A stretch of DNA of 57,035 bases from a virus (lineage: Duplodnaviria; Caudoviricetes): IMG/VR virus record IMGVR_UViG_3300045303_000150, positions 1 through 57,035 of that record; one strand, written 5' to 3'. Positions 36,580 to 46,171 of the stretch are shown piece by piece. Below the pieces are notes generated by a model. The model was given only the letters and a program-made list of their open reading frames with translations. It was not told where the DNA came from and did not search any database. Each line of letters begins with the position of its first letter. The stretch's first letter is position 1. A program made the translations under genes and the position numbers.

Positions 36580-37317
36580 GTGGCCGCAACTAGCGCCCTG
36601 TCCGTGAAGGACATGGCGAACCAGAAGATCATCAACCTGGGTGCGCCGTCGAACCCCAACGACGCCGCCCGCAAGACCGACGTGGACACCGCGCAGTCCG
36701 CCGCGCAGACCTACACGGATACCCAGCTGGCGGCCGTTGTCTCCGGTCAGACCCTCAAGGGTGCCGTCCGCGCCGTCTCGACCACCAACGTCACCTTGGC
36801 CACGCCGGGTACCACCATCGACGGCCTGACCGCCGCGAACGGCGAGATCTTCCTGCTGGCCGGTCAGACCACGGGCAGTCAGAACGGCCCCTACGTCTTC
36901 AACGGTTCGGCCAGCCCGATGACGCGGGCCACCAACTGGGACTCCGCTGGCGAAGCCGTGGTGGGCTCCTACTGGGTCGTCCGCGAAGGCACCAACGCGG
37001 ACAAGTTCGCGCTGATGACGAACGACTCCTTCACCCTGAACACGACTACGGCGGCCTTCGCCTACATCGGGTCCGTGGCCGGTGGCGGCTTCACCTCGTT
37101 CAAGCAGGACGTGCCCGCGATCAGCGCCGGTGCGACCGGCACGATCACCCACAACCTGAACACGCGCGATGTGGCGTGGGCGCTGCGCCTGACCGGCAGT
37201 CCCTACAACTACGTCACGGACGTGGAGATCGAGGCGACCACGGTCAACACGCTCGATATCAAGCCGGACGTGGCCATGACTTCCGCTCAGTACCGCATCA
37301 TGATCTGGGCCACCTGA
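36580..37317 (+). CDS. virion structural protein (fibre/decoration-like)
   Basis: KI.NL..P....DAA.K, VR..ST.N, IDG, L..QT..SQNG.Y, I.HNLNT.DV. Confidence 0.65.
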   Translation: MAATSALSVKDMANQKIINLGAPSNPNDAARKTDVDTAQSAAQTYTDTQLAAVVSGQTLKGAVRAVSTTNVTLATPGTTIDGLTAANGEIFLLAGQTTGSQNGPYVFNGSASPMTRATNWDSAGEAVVGSYWVVREGTNADKFALMTNDSFTLNTTTAAFAYIGSVAGGGFTSFKQDVPAISAGATGTITHNLNTRDVAWALRLTGSPYNYVTDVEIEATTVNTLDIKPDVAMTSAQYRIMIWAT

Positions 37318-37892
37318 TGACCGCACCCGGTCCGCACACGACCAACGTGGGCCCGACCGCCGTGGATCGCAACCAGTACAGCGATGCGTTCTCCAGCTGT
37401 GGACGTGTGCAAGCTGTCGGCGCACAGCCGGTGCAGCTGGGCCAGACCGCGTTCGCTGGCGGCCGCGCCCCACGCACGGCCCGCTTCAACGAGAAGCTGC
37501 GCTTCCGTGTCGACTCGGCGCTGGCCCTCGGCGGCGCGGTGACGGCCGCGATCTATCAGGGATCGGACCCGTTCAACCTGACGAAGACGGTCGCGGACTT
37601 TTCCATTACGGCGGAGTTTGGATCGGCAGGCCTCAAGCAGGTGGCCATTCCCAGTACCGACGCCCTGGAGGCCCAGTACATCTACCTGGCGTGGGTTCGC
37701 ACCGGCCCGGCGCTGCTCAATCCGGCGCTGTCAGCCGCCGGTAACAGTGGCATCGCGGACATGCTCAATGCGACAACGGCAGCCTGCCCGGTCTCCGGCA
37801 CCAAGTCGGGAACCACGCTTCCCGCGACCCTGAACCTGTACACCGGATGGAACTACCTGGGCACCTTGCCCTGGTTCTCGCTGGCCGTCTGA
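37317..37892 (+). CDS. hypothetical beta-rich (structural) protein
   Basis: TGATG coupling inside the structural block. Confidence 0.6.
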   Translation: MTAPGPHTTNVGPTAVDRNQYSDAFSSCGRVQAVGAQPVQLGQTAFAGGRAPRTARFNEKLRFRVDSALALGGAVTAAIYQGSDPFNLTKTVADFSITAEFGSAGLKQVAIPSTDALEAQYIYLAWVRTGPALLNPALSAAGNSGIADMLNATTAACPVSGTKSGTTLPATLNLYTGWNYLGTLPWFSLAV

Positions 37893-37903
37893 GGAGATAA
37901 GCG

Positions 37904-38467
37904 GTGGCGTCCCAGAACTCGTTGTCAGACAAGCTGCTGACGCGCGACCCGTCCGTCGCGCTTGGGGCCGCCACCAAGCAGTACGTGGATGCCCAGGTGC
38001 AGGCGGCGCAGACACAGAACGTCGTCGCGCCTACCCGCCTGACGGCCGTCTCTAGCGACGCCACTACTGCCGCGATCGTCTTCACCAACCTGACGACCAC
38101 GTTCACTCCGGCGCGCGTCGGTGCTCGCTACCGGCTCAACATGCAAATCATGTGGCTCGCTGACGCGGTGAGCACGACCGGCTTCTGGGTGTACTGGAAG
38201 CACGGCGGCACGCCCACCACGGCGGACAACCAGGCGAACCGCACGCTCATGCGCTCGCACGCGGACGCTGGTGGCGTTGACAACAGCTTCTGGTCTGTGG
38301 ACATCGTGGCCACCGCGCTCACGAACATCACGGCCACGCTGGGTCTGAACTTGCCGAACATCAGCGGTTCTGACCCTGGCCCGGTGCGCCTACACGTGGT
38401 CACGTCCACGGGAACCAACGCCGCGCAGTTCGGCTCCGTGTATTGGGTGGATCGCGTGGGCTACTAA
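37904..38467 (+). CDS. fibre-like structural protein
   Basis: DP...L.AATK.YVD motif; beta-rich C-terminus; GAGGAG RBS. Confidence 0.6.
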   Translation: MASQNSLSDKLLTRDPSVALGAATKQYVDAQVQAAQTQNVVAPTRLTAVSSDATTAAIVFTNLTTTFTPARVGARYRLNMQIMWLADAVSTTGFWVYWKHGGTPTTADNQANRTLMRSHADAGGVDNSFWSVDIVATALTNITATLGLNLPNISGSDPGPVRLHVVTSTGTNAAQFGSVYWVDRVGY

Positions 38468-38496
38468 CCCCACCCCGTGGGGGATACGATGGCTGC

Positions 38497-39213
38497 ATGG
38501 AGCATGCCAACATCCTGCGCACGGAGCTTGTCCCGATCAGCTCCATCACGCCCCACCCGGCGAATGCCCGCCAGGCGAACGCCTCCATCGTGGAAGGCAG
38601 CCTCCGCGACTTCGGCCAGTACGTGCCGGTCCTCGTGCAGGAGTCGACCGGCTACATCCTCAAGGGCAACAACACCCATCGGATCATGGCTGAGAAGCTG
38701 GGCAAGGAGCACATCCAGGCCACGTTCGTCTCCTGCTCTGACCGGCTGGCGCGCGCGATTCTCGCCGTCGACAACCGGTCCACGGACGGCGCTGGCTACG
38801 ACGAGACCCGCCTGCTCGCACTGCTCGAAGAGCTGGAAGACGACGGCACCCTGAGCGCTGCAGGGTTCGACGAGACCGACATCGGCGACCTGCTCTCCCG
38901 GCTCGAAGACGACGAAGATCCGGTGCCCGAAGACCCGGATCCGCTCGATCACACCCCGCCCCCGCCCGCGCCGCCGCCAGAGGTTCACGACTCGGCCAGC
39001 GTCAAGGACTCGGGGCCGTCACTGGCGGACGAGTCGAAGGCCTACGAGGAGAACCGCACGCGCGTGATCATGCTCAACTACGCGATGCCGATCTACACGT
39101 ACGTCTTCGATCAGCTGGAGAAGCTCGCACGCAAGTCCGGCGCACTGCCCGCCGATGTGGTGCTGGACCTGATCGAGCGCCAGACTGGTGTCCCTGCGCC
39201 GGTGATCGAATAG
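38497..39213 (+). CDS. ParB-like nuclease-domain protein
   Basis: VPI.SI.PHP.NAR, SL..FGQ..P..VQ.STG.IL.GN, DNR..D...YD; TACGAT -10 6 nt before ATG. Confidence 0.85.
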   Translation: MEHANILRTELVPISSITPHPANARQANASIVEGSLRDFGQYVPVLVQESTGYILKGNNTHRIMAEKLGKEHIQATFVSCSDRLARAILAVDNRSTDGAGYDETRLLALLEELEDDGTLSAAGFDETDIGDLLSRLEDDEDPVPEDPDPLDHTPPPPAPPPEVHDSASVKDSGPSLADESKAYEENRTRVIMLNYAMPIYTYVFDQLEKLARKSGALPADVVLDLIERQTGVPAPVIE

Positions 39214-39264
39214 CTGGCGCGTACCTCTCCAGAAAACCACGCCACGGGGGGTAGACTCTCTGTC

Positions 39265-39717
39265 ATGGCCAGCAAAGCAGTGACTGAAGCCCAGGAGGCG
39301 TTGGACGGCGGCAAGCTGCTGGACCTGGTAGCGGCCGGTTCGAGTATCGCGGCCGCCGCGCGGGCCATCGGACTCAAGGAGCGCACCGGCCAGCGGCTGT
39401 ACCACGCCGAACTCCAGCGCTACTTCCAGGAGAACGCCACCCAGCGCGAAGAGCTGGTGGGCCGCGAGCTGCGCACGCTCGATCTGCTCCAGCGCAAGGT
39501 GATGCGCCAGGCGCTGGACGGCGACCTCAAGGCCGTGGACCGCGTGCTGGCCATCATGGACCGGCGCGGCAAGATGCTCGGTCTGGACGCGGCCGCGAAG
39601 GTCACCGTGGAGGTCTCGCGCGTCGACGAGAAGCTGGCCGAGATCGTGCAGATCATCGACGGTTCGATCGTGGCGGCCGCCGAACTGGAGTACGTCACCC
39701 TGCCAGAGGCCGGATGA
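39265..39717 (+). CDS. terminase small subunit (HTH)
   Basis: G.S....A..IG, EL..LD.L, GD.KA.DR.L.I.DRR.K.LGLD; directly upstream of large terminase. Confidence 0.75.
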   Translation: MASKAVTEAQEALDGGKLLDLVAAGSSIAAAARAIGLKERTGQRLYHAELQRYFQENATQREELVGRELRTLDLLQRKVMRQALDGDLKAVDRVLAIMDRRGKMLGLDAAAKVTVEVSRVDEKLAEIVQIIDGSIVAAAELEYVTLPEAG

Positions 39718-41510
39718 ACAGCCCGCTGGCGGACAAGATCGAAGAGGTCATCGCCAGCCTGCCGCCGCACGAGCAGGCTCAGCTTCGCGCGAAGCTCGTG
39801 CGCGTCATCACGCACCGCAAGGCGTTGCACCGGTTTCCGACGCCTGGCCACCTGAGCAAGTTCCACCGGCCGGAGTTCATGCAGACGCCCATGCTGGACC
39901 GGCTGGACCAGGCGCTGATGATGGCTGAGCGCGGCGACGCCCAGCGGATCATCGTCAACACGCCGCCGCAGGAGGGCAAGACCAGTCGCCTGCAAGACGC
40001 GTGCGCCTGGATGCTCCTGCGCGACCCGCGTCGACGCATCGTGTTCGCCAGCTATGAGCAGTCCATCGCAGCCCAGAGCTCGCTGGAGATCCGCCGCTTG
40101 ATCGAGGCGCACGGCGGGGGCTATCGCGGGCAGGCCCAGCACCTCGATCACGAAGACGTGCTGGGCCTGCTGCTGGACCCGGACCGCGCGCAGCAGACCA
40201 ACTGGAGCCTGGCCGACGTGCCGGGCCGCAAGACGGCGCGCCCCGGCTCGGTCACCGCCGTCGGTGTTGGGTCCTCGCTGTCCGGCCGCCCGGCGGACAT
40301 CATCGTCATTGACGACCCGATCAAGGACAGCAAGCAGGCCGACTCGCCGACGTGGCGCAAGGCCGTCACCGACTGGTACCAGTCGGTCGTCATCGCGCGC
40401 CTGCCGCCCAAGAGTGTCATCGTGGTCGTCCAGACCCGCTGGCACGAAGACGACCTGACCGGCTGGCTCCTCAAAGAGGAGTCCAAGTCATCGGTCAAGG
40501 AGTGGTTGCACATCAACGTGCCCGCCCAGGCCGACAGCGAGGACGACATCCTGGACCGCAAGGTCGGGGAGTACATGATCTCCGCGCGCGGTCGCACGCC
40601 AGCCGACTGGGAGAAGCGCCGACGCGAGGTCGGTACCCGCTGGTGGTTCGCGATGTACCAGGGCGCGCCGTCCGCGCCCGAAGGCGGCACGTTCAAGCGC
40701 GAGTGGTTCGACAAGTACCGGGTGGCCGAAGCGCCGCCCCTGCGCAACGTCATCACGCTCGTGGACCCTGCCGACAACACCGGCGCTGGCGACGAAGCAG
40801 GCGTGGTCACTGGCGGCCTGGGAGCCAACGGCGAGATGTACATCCTGGAGGACAACTCCGGCTCCTACACGGTGGCCGAGTGGGTGCGCGTCGCCCTCTA
40901 CGCGATGCTGCGCCACGGCTCCGGCAAGCTCGTCTACGAGCAGTCCCTGTCCGGTCTGCGCCGATCGATCAAGGCCGAGTGGAAGCGCATTCGCGTGCAG
41001 GCCCGCGAGCTGGCCCGCGCCCAGAAGGAGTGGTCCAGCTTCGACGCGAAGGACTGGCCGGAGGATCCGCACGCCGTCGCCATCCGCGACGCGCACGACG
41101 TGCTGGCCGACGAAGACGACACGGCCGCCGAGAAGACCGCGCTGCTGGCCGCGCTGATCGCGCTCTGGCCTTACGTGCCCGCGATCCTCCGACTTCCCGA
41201 GACGGGCCCGCCGGTCAAGACCATCCAGGCACGCGGCTCGAAGTCGCTGCGCGCGGAGCTGGTCTCCCCTCACTTCGAGGGCGGCCGCGTCCACCACGTC
41301 GGCACGCTGGCGCAGATGGAGCACCAGATGTGCACGTGGCTGCCCTCGCAGGACAGCCCGGACCGGATGGACGCCGAAGTTCACCTCGTTGACGAGCTGG
41401 CTAAAGCCGCCACGGCGGCCAGCGTGCAGCGCCCCCCTGCAGGGAACAGGCTCCCCGCGAAGGCTCAGCCTCTTCCGCAGATCATGCGAAGCACGAGGTA
41501 CATGCGATGA
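39714..41510 (+). CDS. terminase large subunit
   Basis: PPQEGKT Walker A, IIVIDDPIK Walker B, QTRWHEDDL.G, YQG.P, VDPA, D..G.V, SPDRMDA. Confidence 0.93.
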   Translation: MNSPLADKIEEVIASLPPHEQAQLRAKLVRVITHRKALHRFPTPGHLSKFHRPEFMQTPMLDRLDQALMMAERGDAQRIIVNTPPQEGKTSRLQDACAWMLLRDPRRRIVFASYEQSIAAQSSLEIRRLIEAHGGGYRGQAQHLDHEDVLGLLLDPDRAQQTNWSLADVPGRKTARPGSVTAVGVGSSLSGRPADIIVIDDPIKDSKQADSPTWRKAVTDWYQSVVIARLPPKSVIVVVQTRWHEDDLTGWLLKEESKSSVKEWLHINVPAQADSEDDILDRKVGEYMISARGRTPADWEKRRREVGTRWWFAMYQGAPSAPEGGTFKREWFDKYRVAEAPPLRNVITLVDPADNTGAGDEAGVVTGGLGANGEMYILEDNSGSYTVAEWVRVALYAMLRHGSGKLVYEQSLSGLRRSIKAEWKRIRVQARELARAQKEWSSFDAKDWPEDPHAVAIRDAHDVLADEDDTAAEKTALLAALIALWPYVPAILRLPETGPPVKTIQARGSKSLRAELVSPHFEGGRVHHVGTLAQMEHQMCTWLPSQDSPDRMDAEVHLVDELAKAATAASVQRPPAGNRLPAKAQPLPQIMRSTRYMR

Positions 41511-42010
41511 GGATCGAGAACCAGACTCACGCGGTGCCCGGTCAGGTGCGCGGCCCGGCGGCGCAGCGTCACCAGGTGCGAGAAGTGACGCTGCGCATCG
41601 AGAGCCTGCCGTCCGGCCAGCTACGCGTGAGCAGTCCGGCGGCGCGCGGCTGGGCCGTGGTGGTGTCCAGCCAGCACGAGCTGTCCCGTGCCGTCACGTC
41701 CGCGTTCACGGAGGCGCAGTGCGCGGCCTACTCGCGCTGGCGTGGCGAGCGCTACGACCTGGACGACCTCACGGAGCCCATGGACGGCGACCCGCTGGCC
41801 CCGCCGCGCCCGCCTGCTCGCCGTCGACGCAACACCGGGGCGGTCGGGTGGGGGCGCAACCAGCAGCGCCCGGACACGCACGACGCGGAGGCGTGGACGA
41901 AGCTTCCGGACGGCCGCTGGCAGTCTCCTAAGGGGAAGTGCTGGCGGCCGGACACGGTGATGGCTCAGCGGGTCGTCGCGCGACGCGTCGCCGCTGGGCT
42001 CCCGATCTAG
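41507..42010 (+). CDS. hypothetical protein
   Basis: ATGA overlap; W..LPDGRW.SP.G motif. Confidence 0.75.
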   Translation: MRIENQTHAVPGQVRGPAAQRHQVREVTLRIESLPSGQLRVSSPAARGWAVVVSSQHELSRAVTSAFTEAQCAAYSRWRGERYDLDDLTEPMDGDPLAPPRPPARRRRNTGAVGWGRNQQRPDTHDAEAWTKLPDGRWQSPKGKCWRPDTVMAQRVVARRVAAGLPI

Positions 42011-42036
42011 ACATACCCCCCAACGTGGGGTATTGT
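42008..42036 (+). promoter_or_regulatory. palindromic-spacer promoter
   Basis: TAGACA-17-TATTGT with TACCCC..GGGGTA. Confidence 0.65.
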
Positions 42037-42068
42037 CAGGTGACAAACACCAGCTGAGAGAGGTAATC

Positions 42069-42389
42069 GTGACAAGCATCGAGGAGTACCTGACCGAGCT
42101 GGAGACCGGCGGGTGGACGGTCTCCGCGCTGGACGATCAGCGCACAGTCACCAAGGCCGAGATTCGCGTATCCGGCGAAGTCACCGGCTGCTGCTGGGAC
42201 CTGGAAGTCTTCTTTCGTCGGTCCGCTGTCACCACCGACGATGACGGGCTGGTGAACATCACCCGGACTGGTGGCCAGGATGCGGAGGGTGCATACCTGG
42301 ACCCCTTCTCTTCCAGCTCCGGCACGCTGGAAGCCGTCGTTGCCTTCGACTACGCGAAGTCCTACCTGGAGAGGTCGAAGGCCAATTGA
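42069..42389 (+). CDS. hypothetical protein
   Basis: GAGAGGT RBS before GTG 42069. Confidence 0.7.
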   Translation: MTSIEEYLTELETGGWTVSALDDQRTVTKAEIRVSGEVTGCCWDLEVFFRRSAVTTDDDGLVNITRTGGQDAEGAYLDPFSSSSGTLEAVVAFDYAKSYLERSKAN

Positions 42390-42721
42390 GCTGCGCTGAA
42401 TGCGAAGACGGCTCATGCGCGTGCGCCGAAGGATGCCCGGACTGCGAGGGCACCCGCGTGTGCTCGCACTGCCACGGGGTTACCGTGGTCGAGATCTCCC
42501 TGAAGCGTCGGCGCTCCGGTGAGACCGGCTATGTCTGGTGCTCGATCTGCAACCGGCACACGCGGGCGCACCCGACCCAGCCGGACTACGAAGACCTGCG
42601 CACCGCTCGCCCCGGCAAGTACAAGAAGATGATGGGGATCGAGCGTTGCCGCGCTTGCCACGCCCCGTTCCAGACCTCGGGTAACCGCCCGTACGCCTAT
42701 CGCCTATCGGAGGCATCGTGA
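42386..42721 (+). CDS. Cys-rich Zn-finger protein
   Basis: CxxCxG repeats (DnaJ-type) plus two further CxxC. Confidence 0.65.
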   Translation: MSCAECEDGSCACAEGCPDCEGTRVCSHCHGVTVVEISLKRRRSGETGYVWCSICNRHTRAHPTQPDYEDLRTARPGKYKKMMGIERCRACHAPFQTSGNRPYAYRLSEAS

Positions 42722-43086
42722 AGACCATCAATCTGCTCGCCAATACGGGAAGCATGCTCGCGCCGGTGACCACGGTCAGCCTGTCCAACGACACGCTGGA
42801 CTACATCACCGCCAAGGGCTGGCAGCTCCCGCTGGAGGAAGGCCAGAACGCCCTGTACGTCGCGGTCCGCGTGTCCGAACTCCTGGGACTCGCGACCCAG
42901 GACGTGAGCTACGAAGCGGCGCGCCTGGCCGCCACGTTCAGCCGGACGGACGAAGTGGACCGGCGCGAGCTGGACCCGGCGAGGGTGCAGTACGCGGCGA
43001 GCGCGGCCAGCGAGATTGCGCGCCTGCTGGAGCAGCTCGACCGGCATCACGCCACCGTGCTCCAGAACGTGGAGCGCGTGGACTGA
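42718..43086 (+). CDS. hypothetical protein
   Basis: GGAGG RBS, GTGA overlap. Confidence 0.75.
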   Translation: MKTINLLANTGSMLAPVTTVSLSNDTLDYITAKGWQLPLEEGQNALYVAVRVSELLGLATQDVSYEAARLAATFSRTDEVDRRELDPARVQYAASAASEIARLLEQLDRHHATVLQNVERVD

Positions 43087-43097
43087 CGACGGCCGCG

Positions 43098-43134
43098 AGC
43101 GAACCCCCGAAGGTAACGACTTCGGGGGTTCGCT
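43098..43134 (+). terminator. hairpin terminator
   Basis: AGCGAACCCCCGAAG / CTTCGGGGGTTCGCT. Confidence 0.75.
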
Positions 43135-43149
43135 GCTTTCGGGACCCCC

Positions 43150-43218
43150 TTGACGGCACCCCCCGATGGGGGGTATAGTTCATCAGGTAAGGGAACGACG
43201 GAACGGAGACCCTGACGC
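43150..43218 (+). promoter_or_regulatory. palindromic-spacer promoter cassette
   Basis: TTGACG-18-TATAGT, CCCCCC-GAT-GGGGGG; GGAACGAC 43192; GGAGACCC. Confidence 0.85.
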
Positions 43219-43401
43219 ATGCCAACCCCCGAACCCGTGAAGCTCAGCCTTCTCGCTGGCCAGTGGATCGCACAATGCCCGCACTGCGACGAGACCACCT
43301 CCAAGCAGGACAAAGCCCGCACGTGCGGCGCGATGCAAACCCACCTCTGGCGGGCACACGACTACCCCGCCCTGTACACGCCCACCTTCACGGAGCGGTG
43401 A
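43219..43401 (+). CDS. small C2H2-like Zn-finger protein
   Basis: CPHC...H....H. Confidence 0.7.
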   Translation: MPTPEPVKLSLLAGQWIAQCPHCDETTSKQDKARTCGAMQTHLWRAHDYPALYTPTFTER

Positions 43402-43402
43402 C

Positions 43403-43579
43403 ATGGGTAAGCACTCGCTGCGCGAGGACCACGACCCGCCCACCGACCAGATCCCGGTGACGAAAGAAGCCGTCGCCAAGCTGGGCAAGCACCACGTCAA
43501 GCCGTCCCCGACGAAGCGACCCGCCGTCGCTCCGAAGCCGGAACCGTTCGCCCCGCACAGGGGAAAGCTCGACAAATAA
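43403..43579 (+). CDS. small basic Pro-rich protein (58 aa)
   Basis: GGAG RBS, MGKHS...; below ORF-track cutoff. Confidence 0.55.
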   Translation: MGKHSLREDHDPPTDQIPVTKEAVAKLGKHHVKPSPTKRPAVAPKPEPFAPHRGKLDK

Positions 43580-43653
43580 ATGGGATGCCGGGCGCGGCGC
43601 GGATGACCAGGTTCCGCGCCGCGCCCGCCCCGCCACCTGAGAGAGGGACACCT

Positions 43654-43863
43654 ATGGGACACCGTGCCCGACGCAAGGAAGTCGAACAGATCCTGTCGAA
43701 GCTGCAGCGGCAAGGCTGGACGATCAGCTTCACGGCCAACACGCACATGCGGTGCGCACCGCCGGACCCGGACAAGCCCATCGTCTTCGGCAGTCACTGC
43801 GAAGAGCCCAGAGCCCTGGCGAACTTCAGGGCCACCCTGCGCCGCTCCGGCGCGGACATCTGA
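43654..43863 (+). CDS. HicA-like protein
   Basis: L...GW......H....P, R...N....LRR.G; 69 aa; GAGGGA RBS. Confidence 0.6.
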   Translation: MGHRARRKEVEQILSKLQRQGWTISFTANTHMRCAPPDPDKPIVFGSHCEEPRALANFRATLRRSGADI

Positions 43864-43874
43864 GAGAGGACCTC

Positions 43875-44492
43875 ATGGACGTGGAACACAACGAAGAGAC
43901 CGCCTGGCGGAATCTGCTTGGCCAGCACAGGACTGAGCTGACCTCCCTTGCGCACCAGGAGCACGTCAGCTTCCTGAACGCACGCGGCGAGGCCAGGGCG
44001 ACCGACCCCAAGGACAAGCTGAACGTGACGCTGGCCTACGAGCGCGCTTTCATGCACGCCGAGACCGCGCACAGGCTCTTCCAGCTCGCAGACCACCTGA
44101 GCCTGAAGGTCGAGTTCGCGCGCGGCGAGTTCGAAGGTCGTAAGCAGGCCAGCGAAGACCAGGAGGAACCGACTCCCGCCGCGCCCAGTATCGGCCGGTA
44201 CGCCTACTGCGACATCGTGCGCGGCTTCGAGCACGACGATGAAGACCAGGAAACCCCGTTGCTCGTTGAGCTGGCCAACCCGGACGACCCGGAGCTGGCC
44301 ACGTTGACGCGGCAGATCATGCGCAGTGCTCCGGCTGGTACGGCCTACGCCTACAGCTACGACGATTCGGATGTGCCGGTCCTGAAGACCACGCACCTTA
44401 TCGCGCTGGCCAGCGTGTCGACGGCGTCACCGGACCAGGCCGCGCGGCTGATCGAGGCTCGCCAGAAGTGGAACACGGAGCGCGGCAAGTGA
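43875..44492 (+). CDS. hypothetical protein
   Basis: GAGAGGA RBS before ATG 43875. Confidence 0.75.
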   Translation: MDVEHNEETAWRNLLGQHRTELTSLAHQEHVSFLNARGEARATDPKDKLNVTLAYERAFMHAETAHRLFQLADHLSLKVEFARGEFEGRKQASEDQEEPTPAAPSIGRYAYCDIVRGFEHDDEDQETPLLVELANPDDPELATLTRQIMRSAPAGTAYAYSYDDSDVPVLKTTHLIALASVSTASPDQAARLIEARQKWNTERGK

Positions 44493-44761
44493 GCCGGGAA
44501 GGGAAGGCGTCGGCGAACGCCCGCGCTTGGGGACGGGCCGTCATCTGGCTGGAAGCGCAGATGCTGCACACGGCCTGGGACTGGTCGGGCTTCACGCCCC
44601 GCCAGGTCGAAGAGGTCCGGGCGAAGCTGCGCGCGTGCGTCACCAACATGCGCGCCATTGCCCAGCTCACCCCGATGCAGGAAGCCCAGCTCCGCGACGA
44701 ACTGATCGCCGTCATGACCGCGCACGAGCAAGGAGAGGAACCCACCGATGAGCAGCAGTAG
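44489..44761 (+). CDS. hypothetical protein
   Basis: GTGA overlap. Confidence 0.6.
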   Translation: MSREGKASANARAWGRAVIWLEAQMLHTAWDWSGFTPRQVEEVRAKLRACVTNMRAIAQLTPMQEAQLRDELIAVMTAHEQGEEPTDEQQ

Positions 44762-45359
44762 GTTGCACCGGGAAGGCCTGGTCATCTGGGAGGGCAGCAC
44801 GCCCGTGGCCACCTTCATCACCGAGACGCGCGCCAACGAGACCGTGCGGTCCGTGAACGCCCAGCGCGAGAAGGATGACTTCGCGGAGAACGCGTTGCGC
44901 CAGGGCTCCATCAACGTCTCCTGTCCGTACTGCGAGTCGGCGGGCCTGATTCCCCGCATGATCCCCACCGGCTCCACAGAGGACTACTTGGCGGACATCC
45001 GCCTGGGTCACGTCGCGGTCTGCCACCCGACCGTGTACGCGACGACCGCGCGCGCCCGGCACGACGCCATCTACATGAAGGCCGCCGACGCGGCCCGCGA
45101 GCGCGCCAAGGAGGCCGAGAAGCGCCGGTGCGCCAACAGCGGGCACGGCGTCGGACAGTACGGGCCGTCCGACTGGGAGTGGCGCAGCAACAACGACGGG
45201 TACTGGGTCTGCGACATGTGCGATGAGGTGATCGACTTCGACGCCATGAGCGAGTTGAAGATCCCCGGCTACCGCTTTGGCGGAGGACGCATCACCTTCA
45301 GCTCGGACAACTACGCGCGTGACATCGCTGCTGGCTGGCGGAAGCCGGAGGCCGACTGA
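44748..45359 (+). CDS. hypothetical Zn-binding protein
   Basis: CPYC, C...GH, CDMC; GAGGA RBS. Confidence 0.7.
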   Translation: MSSSRLHREGLVIWEGSTPVATFITETRANETVRSVNAQREKDDFAENALRQGSINVSCPYCESAGLIPRMIPTGSTEDYLADIRLGHVAVCHPTVYATTARARHDAIYMKAADAARERAKEAEKRRCANSGHGVGQYGPSDWEWRSNNDGYWVCDMCDEVIDFDAMSELKIPGYRFGGGRITFSSDNYARDIAAGWRKPEAD

Positions 45360-46171
45360 TGAGGCCTGACTCAATGTGGACGGGGTGTCCATTCTGCAAC
45401 TGGAAGTCCTACGTCTTTCTGGACGGCGCACTGGGCGCGCACGAGCAGCTGACCTCACGTCTCAGCCACCACGTCGTGGCCAGCCACGGACTTCACTGCT
45501 GGCGGGCCATCGACGACGACGCGGCCCTGTACCTGATTGTCGGTGCGAGCGAGGAGCGCAAGCCGGGCACCGCAAAGTTCCGGCACGCCGAAGGGACCCG
45601 CTACAACGTAGTCGGCTCCTGCGCACGGTGCGGGTGGCAGAACACCTGGAATGGCTATCGACGCATCGACAACGCCACGGCCACGGCACGCGCCGCCTAC
45701 GCGAAGCACAGCTGCTCCGTTCCAGGCTTTCACGGTGTTGGCACCTACCACTACGGCGCGAACCCCGAGATGCACATCAGGCTGGAGGCCAAGGTGGTCC
45801 CGCCAAGCAGCCAGCGCATAGTCGGCCTCGCGTCACCGCCACCGGCCGAAGACCAGATGACGTTCGCCGACGTGGGGGCGAGCGCACGCTGGGCCGCCGA
45901 AGTGGACAACGCCGTCAAGTACATGCGTCAAGCCGCCAACAGGACGGAGAAGCTCGTGGACGCCAGCGTCAGCCAGGATGAATGCGCGCCCGCGCCTATA
46001 CCCCCCCGCGAGGTGGTCGAGACGTACGTGAAGACCATCCAGGAAATGACCTCCACACTGGCACTTCAGCTCGCCGGAGCGCGCCCGAACCGGCATGAGC
46101 TGTACTCGCGGGCCATCGCGTCGCTCGTGAGCGCCACGGAGGATCTGAGCGACCTGGGGATGGCGCTGTGA
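45359..46171 (+). CDS. hypothetical protein with two Zn-finger-like motifs
   Basis: CPFC.W...H....H and C..CGW...H.C. Confidence 0.65.
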   Translation: MRPDSMWTGCPFCNWKSYVFLDGALGAHEQLTSRLSHHVVASHGLHCWRAIDDDAALYLIVGASEERKPGTAKFRHAEGTRYNVVGSCARCGWQNTWNGYRRIDNATATARAAYAKHSCSVPGFHGVGTYHYGANPEMHIRLEAKVVPPSSQRIVGLASPPPAEDQMTFADVGASARWAAEVDNAVKYMRQAANRTEKLVDASVSQDECAPAPIPPREVVETYVKTIQEMTSTLALQLAGARPNRHELYSRAIASLVSATEDLSDLGMAL

